The notes under the pieces: model-generated
The model's database searches: none
Told to the model about the DNA's origin: nothing
Seen by the model: only the letters and a program-made list of their open reading frames with translations
Assembly (NCBI RefSeq): GCF_009914755.1
Contig: NC_060930.1
Source of the DNA: the human T2T-CHM13v2.0 reference genome, Homo sapiens
Reading direction: 5' to 3' (one strand)
Length of the DNA: 64,000 nucleotides
Shown: one piece after another, positions 53,270 to 64,000 of the stretch
How the letters are laid out: each line of letters starts with the position of its first letter
Numbering within the stretch: the stretch's first letter is position 1
Program-made: the position numbers and the translations under genes

Positions 53270-55080
53270 TCATTCTGTCAATGTGTTATAAGTGCCAGTT
53301 ATGTGCCAGGTGCTTTGTGAGACACAAGACTTCAACAGGCAAGGTTCCTGTTCTTATGGAACACACTGTTTCTTGGAAGAGAGAGATAAAACTCAAACCA
53401 ACAAGTGCATGATTTCGATGTGTGACTTCTGTTTCCAAAAATGTTGGACCATGGTCTAATAATCCTGAAAATCTCCTCACCAAAAAACACCTAGAAATTC
53501 CAGCTAAAATAATACAAATATTCTTTTAGAAACCTAGCTGACATGAAAGACATTACGGGAAACCCCTAATGACCAAAACCAAAGAGGGGACTGAAAATCA
53601 GAGCCATGAATATGAGGTTTCTCAGGTATGGGGGCTGTATTAGTCTCAGAAACCAATAGATTTTAATAGCCAGATAGGGATAGGATAGGATACGAAGCCT
53701 CAGGCCCATGGAGATTAAGATCTGGAACTAAAACCCCTGGATAAAGTTAGGACACTTGAAATAAAAACAAAAAACAAAAATACTAAATTATAGGCACAGG
53801 AAAATAAGAAAACATCCATCTTGGCCTGGCTTTGGATGAGAAAAAAAATAGACTATGCTGAGAATTCATTACTACAAACCAGGTTTCAGTAGGTTTGATG
53901 AGCGAATATACAACAATCTTTTTGAGTCCCCAATCAAAGATGTTAAAATAAGAAGCTCTAGATTGGCAGTCCTCACAGAATACCTAACAGAAGAAAATGT
54001 TTATTTATACAGTCAATACCTGGTGACCAGCTGTGCTTCTTCATGGCTTGTGAAGCCATGGACAGCATTGTCATGCTTCACCTTGCATTGCTTCCCATCC
54101 TTCCCTCCTTTTCATTTCTCTTTTCTCTTAGTTTTACCATTCTGGAATTATACTTCCCAAATAAAGCTTAGTGCATAATCCTTGTTTCAGCTTCTGCGTT
54201 ACAGGATACCTGAGCTAAGTTGGGGATTCCCATAAGAAGAAAAGGCCTGTTTACAGAGATGCCATCTAAACTGAGACCTGTAGGAGAAGAAGACCATGCA
54301 AACTATAGAGGGGAAGAGGAAGAGTAATCCTGACAGAAGGAATAGCACGTCGGAAATCCTCGATGTGGAACAGAACACAGAACCTTCAAGAAACATAAAG
54401 ACAATGGCAGAGTATGGGAGAGAGAAATTTGGAAAGCTACATAAGCATCCTGCCATGTAGAAGAGAGGTCTCAGGCCTGGATCTTGGTTAAAGCTATGTA
54501 TGTGTTTTCTTAATTTAGTTGCCAAAAGTTGAAAAGTAAAAGATATCATATAAAAACATCTGGATTTTGAAAAAATTTAAAATGTCTGTCAGCAATGGAC
54601 CTGTATTCTTAATGGGACAACAATCAGCTGGATCTACCCACTTGAGACAAGACCTGTGACCTCATGTTCACCACTGCACCAACCGTCTTTTCAATTCATT
54701 CATTTTGCCTATTTGGCCTCTATATGCATTTGAATTTCTAGTTCCTAATTTAGGACCTTATTGGTTATGGCTTTTTAAAAGTGGAATTTTATTATAAAAT
54801 AAAGGATAGCCCTTGACATATTTTAAGCAAGGGAATGATGTGATCTGCTTTATCTTTACACCACTCGCTGTGCAAATATACATTGGAGAGGACCAAGAAT
54901 GGAAATAAGGATATGAATGAGGAGAGTATTGCAGGAATCCAGGTGAAAGATTATCATGGCTTAAAATAGAGTGGTAGCAATGGAAATGAAGAGAAGTAAG
55001 TGGATTCTAAGTGTATTTTGGAAGCAAAAAATACAGTATTTGCTGATCAATTTTATATTGAAAGTTAGAGAAAGAATAAA
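53270..55080 (-). mobile_element. Fragmented L2 (minus) with nested older repeats
   Basis: atgtgccaggtgctttg (53301); ttttaagcaagggaatgatgtgatctg...ccaggtgaaagattatcatggctt...gagtggtagcaatggaaatgaagagaag. Confidence 0.65.
54490..54746 (+). mobile_element. MER102-like hAT element
   Basis: ttagttgccaaaagttgaaaa...catataaaaacatctggattt...acaatcagctgga...gcatttgaatttctagttcct. Confidence 0.65.
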
Positions 55081-55309
55081 AATGATTTGTATTCTATTAT
55101 TAACAACTTGAGCTTTCTGTGGTCAACAGTTGAAGGGATATTTATTGATAATCATTACTACCTGGCGAATTTAAAATACGTGAGTTAAAAATAAAGGAAA
55201 TCTGATTCCCTAAAGGAGCTTGAATCCTATAAGTAGATGTAAGATTGATGCAAATATATGTACTTACAAGTAGCCAAAAATAAAAAGATATATAACTGTA
55301 ATTGTAGAG

Positions 55310-55555
55310 AATAATAATGGCAACAGCTAATATTCATTGAGGATATATAGTTATCTGGTAAATACATCTCATTTAATTCTTATGATACATGGAGTTGGGC
55401 ATTGTTCTTCTCATTTTACACATAGAAAAATAAGAAGTTAGGAAAGTTAGTTAACTAGTCCAAGATCACATAGCTTGTAACTGGCAGAACTGGCATTTGG
55501 GACCAAGCAGACTGACTCCATGGCACATTTTCTTAATCAGTACACTAGACTGCTT
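55310..55555 (-). mobile_element. MIR SINE
   Basis: catctcatttaattctta...tccaagatcacatagcttgtaactggcagaactggcattt. Confidence 0.8.
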
Positions 55556-58500
55556 TTATAAACATGTAGTAGGGTCACAAATTTACCAGCATACTGAAAC
55601 TCAGATATTCAAAGAAAAATGAACTCCTTTTTTGACTGAAATTGCTCTGATCTTCACAAACCTCCATCAGATGGTTAGAGGGGAGGAATTAACTTTCCTC
55701 AATCTTGCTTAAAATTTAGACCTATTAGATAATTGAAATAATCCATTGTTATCACATAAGAATACAGGCCCATGTTCTGACGTGTCTAGGAAAGAAATAG
55801 AGATTTCTCAGCCTTTCACCACATCTATGTGTGCAGTACATATGCACGTCCATACATATTTCATCTCCCCAAGATGGTACCTGAGCATACGGTGGGGGAG
55901 GTGGGGGGCTATGGTTTATGTGTGAACTGAGAACCACTAAAGTTCCCCAATCTAAGCTTGATGTTCAGTCCCATTTTGTTGTTGCTTGCCCTGCTGGCAT
56001 TCATAACTAAACTCCTGTTCTGGAATTGTCCTTGATCTGGTTCCCAGCTTGTTAAAAACCTGGTAGTGTTACCAGGTTAATGGAGCCTTAGCTCAGTTCT
56101 CAGCAGTGCTGTAGAGCTCCCCACATCTGTGACATTTCCTACATCCAACCGTCTGCCCCAACAATCCACCTCCTGCCTCTGCTTCAGGTTGACCCCCACC
56201 TAATCAGGGCCACTAGCTAGGCTAAAATATAACTTGTCATTCAAAGTGAGATCTTGTGAGAGTGATAAAAAGGTCTATTATAATTATAATGAAACAACAG
56301 AGATAAAATAGAACAATCTCAAATTAGGACATAGGGCAGGCCCACTTGCTCTCAACTTAGCTGCCTTGCAAGTTACCCTTCCAGAAGTTTCAAGAACTCT
56401 TGAGTTCTTGCTGCAAGGGATGGAGGAGAGGCCCAGGAAAATTAAACTTTGCGGACTCCACCTAGTCACATTATATAGCCAAGTTCAGTTTGTTGTGGTT
56501 AAGTCCCAGGTTGGTCTAGGTTAGCCCAAAAATCAATCTCTTTTTGATCCAAAATGGAAATAGCCTCCCACACAACTATTTAACATACCTCCTCCTCTTT
56601 AGGCCAATGCCCAGAAAGGGAAATGGCTCAGTCAGATGCCATAGGAGAAGGGATATCTTCTCTTCACTATGGGAAAACTCTGTGACCCAAGTTCTCCAGA
56701 CTTTCCCTTTGGCAGGTAATATCAAAGCTAAAGGAGAATGGAAAAAACAACAACAACAACAATAAAAACCCTCTCAATTCCACTAGGCTTGCTTTGAACT
56801 CTACTGTCTTCTTAAAGTCTAGTACCTATCTTCTTATCCTGGACCTGCAACCCTCAAGGCCCAGTTTTAGAAGGAGAAGATTACAAAGGAAAAATGATTT
56901 AAGGGAAAAGGTAGAAGTAAAGTGCATTGGTTTAATACTTGCAAATTAAAGTAACTGTAACATATAGAAGGCTATTCATTCTTACTCATGTTGTCTACAG
57001 TGAGAAAAGTATTTAATGTCATTCAAAATTAAACTTAACCCAGACTTGATAAGGCAATTAAACATATGTCCTTTATGAAATATCCTGTCAGAATGATTAG
57101 ATCTTCAGAGGTCAAGGGTCAGCTGTTTTTAGATCTAAGATCTTGTTCTAAATATTCTATGGTTCTGTGATTTTATCTTTGAAAGGCCAAAAAGTATTAT
57201 GTATCAAGTTTCCACTTAGGGCCTTGCTTACTCAAGTGTCTCAAACCTAAACTGCAAGTCTTAATGTTTTAGAGTGGCACTAAATGGCTTTCCAATATTG
57301 AGCAGGGATTATTGAGAGGTCCCCAAAGCTTGTGATGTTTCACAAGGGCATTCTAACGGGTTAGTTGTTCTATTTATTCTATTTAGTGCCAGGTAATGGC
57401 AACAAAGTGTTTCAATGTATATTGTTATTTCAGTTGATTTGGAATAATCCTAACCAAAAAAAGTTCTGTTTACTAATGTGCAATTTCCAGACAGAAACAG
57501 AAACACAAAAATGTTGAGTAATTGGAATCATGGAAGGACCAAACAAGAAGTGGCCAGATGGAGTTTGTCTGGAAAAGTTTTACAGTGCTTTTATGATTAA
57601 TAAACCTAAGGAAAACATCTGAAGTTTCTTTGAAATGTTAAGAATGAACCATTGGAGAACAACTGTTCTTCAAAGAGTAGCAAAATATGCAAGGCAGTAT
57701 CTCATTGGCGGGGTCGGGGGAAGAATCCTACACCTCCAATAAATTATTTAGAAAGTAGTAGAACATTGAAGTCTACAAGTTTGGAAGAAGTTCTCTTAAC
57801 TCATCAAGTCAAGCTACTCCCTCCAAACCCTAAATCCCTGAACTTCCAAGACTATTTCTTTGGAGTTTGTGTTATACAACTGAATATTCCAGGAAATGCA
57901 GTTTCCTATTGCATATCCAGATTGGACGGGACTTAGCAAAAAGAAACTGTATGGAAATCTGGATAGTTCTCCAAAATACCTCTAGGCACTTCATCTGAAT
58001 GAAAAGGTGCTTAAGAAACCACATAAAGAAAATACTCTGCTTTATAAATTATATAATTAGCAATACACATTCATTGAGTACCGACAGTAAACTAAGCTTG
58101 TTCTTAGGAATAAAAAGAATTATAAGTTTGTCCATCCCTTCAACAAATTTCATCAGTTAATACAATAGATATAAATGCACACAATTATAACAAATAGACA
58201 TGTGTATTCTAACAATTAGAATACACACAATTATAATTAAGACAACATAAAACAGAATTAGGAAAATGAATCATAAATATTCTTCTCTAATGCAGGAGTT
58301 TGTGAGGAAGAAATACCCTTTTTGGGCCTAGGTAAATCAGAAATGCAGATAGATAAATATTAGACAAAGAGTACACCACATACCTAAAGAATAGATTAGC
58401 TAATTCTCAAATATTCATGATTACAGGGACAGAAATTATGTAGGTAAATGAAATACATCTATGAAATCCTCAAGTTTCATACCTTCAAATTCCAAAAATC

Positions 58501-58760
58501 TCATGCTTTGATACATCATATATCAATTCCCTTAAACCACAGAGACCAAATCAGAGGTTTATAATTTACTTGACTAAAAGCTATTTCAAGCTGTCACAAG
58601 GTGGTACTATGTGAAGCTATTGCCACTGGGAGAGAAGACCTGTTCTCCATCAGAATGGCAAGTAGAGTATCATACACTGGCCATGTTTGTGGGAACTGCC
58701 TGTGCATTTAGAAGCACTTCCAGCAGTTCCCTACATCCCATGCCTGATAAAAGTCACATA

Positions 58761-59298
58761 TGTCCCGGGTTAGGATTCTCTAGAGAAACAGAATCGATAA
58801 GGGGAAGAGAGAAAGATTTATTATAGAAATTGGCTCACACAATTATGGAAGCTGAGACATCCCACAATCTGCTGTCTGTGAGGGGACAGTTTCCTGTTCA
58901 GTAGGACCAGGAAAGCTGGTGGTGTAATTTAGTATTGAGTCCAAAGTTCTGAGAACCAGAGGAATGGGGCAGCAATGGTATGAATCCCAGTCTGAGTCCA
59001 AAAGCCCAAGAACCAGGAGTGCCAATGGATAGATGTCCAAGGGCAGAAAACAGTTGACTTGTCCCAGCTCAAACAGAGAGATGATGAATTCACCCTTTCT
59101 CCATGTTTTTGTTTTGAGCTCTCAATGGATTGAATGATGCCCACTCACATTGGTTAAGGGTGATCTTCCTTAGTCTACTGACTCAAATGCTAATATCTTC
59201 TGGAAACACCCTCACAGACACACCTAGAAATAATGTTTTATGAGCTATCTGGGCATCCCTTAGCCCAGTCATGCTGACACATAAAATTGGTCCTCACA
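58761..59298 (-). mobile_element. MLT2B-type LTR (3' LTR of the ERV-L provirus)
   Basis: ggattctctagagaaacagaa...tggctcacacaattatggaagctgag...ggaaacaccctcacagacacacctagaaataatgttt...gacacataaaatt..tcaca; PPT-like sequence adjacent. Confidence 0.88.
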
Positions 59299-62200
59299 AG
59301 TTCATCCCATGTTAATCTGACACCCATACACATTTCCCTAAACCATACTTAATTTCCAGATAATGACTAAAACAAGGTCATAATTCTACCCAACATGACA
59401 CAACTATTCTGGGTACAACTGAAAATACACTAACTTACTCCCCAGAAGAGGAGGTAAAGTCTTTGATTGGTCTTTACTTTTTTCCTGATATCCCATAACT
59501 TAAATACAATGATGTAAAATAAACACTGTTTAAATACTGCTATAAAGTAAATACATATTATGTTACATGATAAGGGAATAAGAGAGGAAATAAGATATTT
59601 ACATAATATATGTATATATACACACAAATATATTCATAACAAAATACAGAGGAAATATTAATGACAATTTTAGTCCTTGTTTCTGTAACTGGTCATATTA
59701 TTGTAGCCGATGCTTATGACTGTCTTCTTCTAATGCCCTTCTACATTCCTTTTGCTTTCAGCAGGCACCTCAGCTGGTTGTAGTTCTTAACATGGCAGGA
59801 TGACCCAAACCTTCATTTCTGGAGAGTTTGGGCCATTTGTAGGCCTGCCTCGATTGTGGTGTTGTAGCCTTCCATTGATCTTAATCACAGGGCATGGAAA
59901 TACTAAGAGACACTCTAAAGGACCTCTTGTATCCCAGATATACTCTTCCTTACCTCCATTTTAGAGTAGTAACCCAATTGCACCTTAATAGCCCAAGATC
60001 AATTACCCAGCCAACACCATAACTCTCTTATTTGCCTGTTGACTCAGAAGCATGAGGAGCCCAAAATGGCCAGGTGGCAGTTTTAACTTCTAGTTCAATG
60101 AAATTTTTGTTGTAGCACCTGGTAGACCCTGTGGAACTATGACCTCTAGGCCAGCAGAATACAAAGTCCTAGGAAGAGGACACAAAAATTTTGCCAGTGG
60201 GTCACTAGAGATAATAATGAATGGTGCCAGGCCTTTTCCACCCCTTGATTTCTGAACCTGTGAATGATGGCTGTCAGAGAAATAGCACCACATATTAAAC
60301 ATTGATTCAGAGCATAGAAACCTGGAGAACCTTGCCCTCTAGCTGGTGCTGTAACTCGGTCTTCAGAAAGCTATTCCATTGTCTTATTAAGCCAGCAGCT
60401 TCAGGATGGTGGTGAACATGGTAAGATCAGTGAATTCTTCGACCACAGGCCCATTGCCACATTTCTTTTGCGAGAAGTGTACCTTAATCAGAAGCAATGC
60501 AGTATAGAATACCATGACAGTGGATAAAGCGTTCTGTAAGTCTGTGGATAGTAGTTTTGGCAGAAGCATTTCATGCAGGGAAGGCAAATCTGTATTCAGA
60601 GTATCTATTCCAAAGATTAGCATTTGAATTGGTAGGCTGAATAAAGAAACAGCTCAGTGTAATCAACCTGCCACCAGATATCTGGCTGATCATCCCAATG
60701 AATGGTGCCATATCAGTGGTCTCAGTATTGGTCTCTGCTGCTGGCAGATTGGGCACTGAACAGTGACTTTAGGCATGTTAGCATTGGTGAATAGAAATCC
60801 ATGTTCCTGAGCCCATGCTTATCCTCCAACCCTGTCACTCTTAACACTCTGTTCATGAGCCTATTGGATTATGACAGTGGTGGCTGGGGAAAGAGGTTGA
60901 CTGTTATCTACAGAATGGGTCATCCTATCCACTTGATTTTAAAATCATCCTCTACTGAGATCACCCTTTGGTGAGCATTCACATGAAACACCAATATTTT
61001 CACTTTTTTTGGCCCATTCAGAAAGGTCTATCCACATACTTTTTCCCCAAATATTTTTGTTGCCAATTTTCCAATCACGTTCCTTCCAATTCCCTGACCA
61101 TTCAGCCAAACCACGGGGTATAGCCCATAAATCGGTATATAATCTCAGGTCTGGCCATTTCTTCTTCCAAGCAAAGTAAACAACCAGGAGCATTGCCCAA
61201 AGTTCTGCACACTGACAGGATTTCCCTTCACCACTCTCCTTCAGGGATATGCAGTGAGGGGCTGCAGTGCTACAGCTCTCCACTTTCAGGCGGTGCCTGC
61301 ACATCATGCAGAGCCATCTATAAACCAGACCCAAGTCTTCTCTTTCTTGGTCAACTGATTCATCATAGAGAATTCCTCATGTGGCCTAGGTGCATAGAGA
61401 GAAGGCAATGTGGCAGGGGTAGGGACCATGGGTATTTGGGCTACTTCTTCATGTAACTTTCTTATACCTCCAAGGCCTGCTTCCATTTTATGATGGAGTG
61501 CTGCCATGCATGCCCAACTTTATTGCTTGGTGTGTCAGATAATACCCAGTTTATAATGGGTAGCTCAGGTCACATGGTAACTTGGTGGACCAAGGGAAAG
61601 CATTCAGTTTCTACTAGGCCCAGTAGCAGCAAAAACTGTCCCTCACAAAAAGAGCAGTTACCTGCAGATGATGGTAACTAATCCTAAAGGCCTATACTGT
61701 GATTCACCTATAGGAGGCTGTCAAAGACTCCAAAAAGCATTCTTATCTGCCACTGACACTTCAATCACCATTGGATCTTCTGGATCATGTGGCCCAAGTA
61801 GGAGAATAGCTTGTACAGTAGCCTGGACCTGTTGCAGAGCCTTGTCTTGTTATAGGTCCACTCAAAACTAGCAACTGTTAGAGCCATTTAGTAAATGAGC
61901 TGCAGTGACACACCTAAACGAGGAATATATTGCCTCTAAAATCCAAATAGGCCTAGTAAGTATTGTGCCCCTTTCTTGATTGTAGGAGGGGCCAGATGCA
62001 ATAACTTATCCTTAACTTAAAAGGGATATCTTGATATACCCCACACCACTGGATCCCTAGAAATTTTACTGAAGTGAAAGGCCCTGAATTTTAGTCAGAC
62101 TTATTTCCCACCCTCTGACATGCAAATGTCTTAAAAATACATCTAGAGTAGTTAGTATCTCTCACTCACTAAGTCCATTTAGCATACTGTCATCAATGTA

Positions 62201-64000
62201 ATGAACCAGTGTGATATCTTATGGAAGGTCATCAAGATCCCAAAAAACCAAATTATGCCATAGAGATGGACAGTTGATATACCCCTGATATACAAGGTAT
62301 ATTGTTGGCCTTGCCAGCTGAAAGCAAACTTCTTCTAATGGGTCTTGTAGACAGGTAGGGAGAAAAAGTCATTCACCATATCAATAGCTGCATACCAGGT
62401 ACCAGGAGATGTGTTAATTTGCTTAAGCAATAAAACCACATCTGGTACAGCAGATGTAATCAAAGTCACTACCTGGTTAAGCTTACAATAGTCTACTGTC
62501 ATTCTCCAATATCCATCTGTCTTCTGCATAGGCCAAATACAAGTGTTGAATGGAGATGTGATGGGAATCATCACCCCTGCATCTTTCAAGTCCATGGTGG
62601 CACTAATCTCTGCAATCCCTCCAAGAATGCAGTATTGCTTTGATTTACTATTTTCCTAGGTAGAGGCAGTTCTAATGGTTTTCACATGGTCTTTCCCATC
62701 ATAATGGCCCTTACTCCATAGATCAGGAAATGGATATGGGGATTCTGCCACAGGCTAAGAACTGGGGAAATAACCACAGAAAGAGTTTAAGGACCCACCG
62801 TGAGATGGACCTGAGCTACAATTCCATTGATCATCTGACTTCCAAAAGCCTCTACTCTGACTGGAGGGCCACGGAGATGTTTTGGATCTCCTGTAATCAG
62901 TGTCAATTCAGAGCCAGTGACCAATAGCCCCCAAAATGTCCGATTGTTTCCTTTCCCCAATGCACAGTTACCCTGGTAAAAGGCCATAGGTCCCTTTGGG
63001 GAAGGCTGAGAGAAACATTAAGGCTATAAATTTTTAGTGGTGTGCCAGGATCCTTCCTCAAGAGATCCAGCCTGCCTTTCATTCAAAAGGTTTTGGATCT
63101 GTAAACTGGCTCAAGTCTGTGTAGGAAAGGAAAAATAATTTTCTCTCACCTTTCATGAGTTGTTAGCTGGGTCTCTCCATAACAACAACAAAAAAACAGA
63201 TTAACAAGTGAAAAACAAAACAAAAAGAAGTTTAATAACATGTATACCTTCTGTATACATGGGAGATAACCCAGATGAATGAGTAAATCTTCAGAGTAGA
63301 TCTCAAAGAAGTAGTTTAAACTTCAGATGTAAATATCATCATTTGCTGAAACAAAAAAATAAGAGTGTGGGGAAAGGCTGGTTACAACAAGGTTACAACA
63401 AGTATAGTAAACAAGGTTAAGATTTGTTTTCCAGATTTAAGTCAATGCCTTCTCCATTAAGAGTTTTTATTTAGTCATGCCTCTCCTTCTGGTGCAGCGG
63501 AGACACTTTTATATATGGAGATTCTCTTTGTGGATATAAATTTATCTTAGAAAATGATAACTTCTACTCTGTTTTCAAGGCTTCTCCTATATCTGCAGTT
63601 TCTCGAAATAGACAGCTTAAAATAGTCCTTATGCCAAAGAGGCACATTTGGGGTGGCATACTCTGATTTCCTACAGCTATATTTTGGGGTAGTGAGTCCT
63701 GAACCCCATCATCTGGGAATTGATTAGGGAGCCATGATTCTCTGTTTTTATGATTAGACTTTGTTCACTTGACCTGGAACTTTTCTGCTTATATGGATAA
63801 AGTAAGAATTTAGTAAGCTTCCTATCTATTTCACTTCTAAGAGACACCATGATTAACTAGCTGACACCCTATGTCTAAACAAGTCAGAGGGTTCTGATTG
63901 TTGCTTTGACTCTTCTGTTCATTACACTAACTATACCCACCTTGTCTTTGGCAACTGAGCGCCATCACTTGGCCCCTCTCACTCCAGGCTCCAACAACAC
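59299..64000 (-). mobile_element. ERV-L (HERV-L/ERVL-B4-like) internal region: decayed gag end, protease, RT, RNase H, integrase, dUTPase
   Basis: Protease GLLVTGSELTLI (62787-62987); RT SPFNTCIWPMQKTDGYWRMTVDY (62335-62595) and YIDD at 62189-62200; RNase H AELWA..YTDLWA (60945-61334); dUTPase-like start YSAGLEVIVP (60090-60302); many stops and frameshifts. Confidence 0.92.
63120..63711 (-). mobile_element. ERV1 solo LTR (MER34-family-like) inserted in ERV-L gag
   Basis: TG...CA termini; minus strand begins TGATGGGGTTCAGGAC..CTACCCCAAAATAT; 4-bp TSD tctg (63116-63119 and 63712-63715); subfamily uncertain. Confidence 0.8.

Noticed and set aside
55889-55910. G-rich runs (also ~40488 and ~41625) as G-quadruplexes
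   Set aside because: Fewer than four clean G3 tracts and no regulatory context.
60090-62987. Retroviral pol ORF fragments as a domesticated gene
   Set aside because: Broken into many short frames by stops and frameshifts; the catalytic protease Asp is mutated.

Overview
This is primate (very likely human) genomic DNA, AT-rich and repeat-dense, with no intact protein-coding exon. The central functional element is a minus-strand promoter and non-coding first exon (~38585→38198, donor CAG|GTAAGA) with a muscle-type core: an overlapping TATA/MEF2 site, two CAGCTG E-boxes, and TGACA and GATA motifs. Positions 1-38197 would be its long first intron. From memory, this exon plus the neighbouring UBE2V1, U1 snRNA and RPL26 processed pseudogenes matches the 5' end of FILIP1 (6q14.1); I have not verified this by search. 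The rest is Alu, MIR, L1, L2, DNA-transposon and LTR fossils, including a nested L1/MER51/Alu structure (50110-53037) and a decayed ERV-L provirus (58761-64000). All ORF-track hits are repeat-derived or random. I found no convincing new biological system. The best leads are candidate recursive splice sites, a uORF in exon 1, a sense-oriented U1 fragment that keeps its U1A and Sm sites, and a set of hairpin/template-switch scars. Repeat subfamily names are recalled from consensus sequences and boundaries are approximate unless a target-site duplication (TSD) is given.
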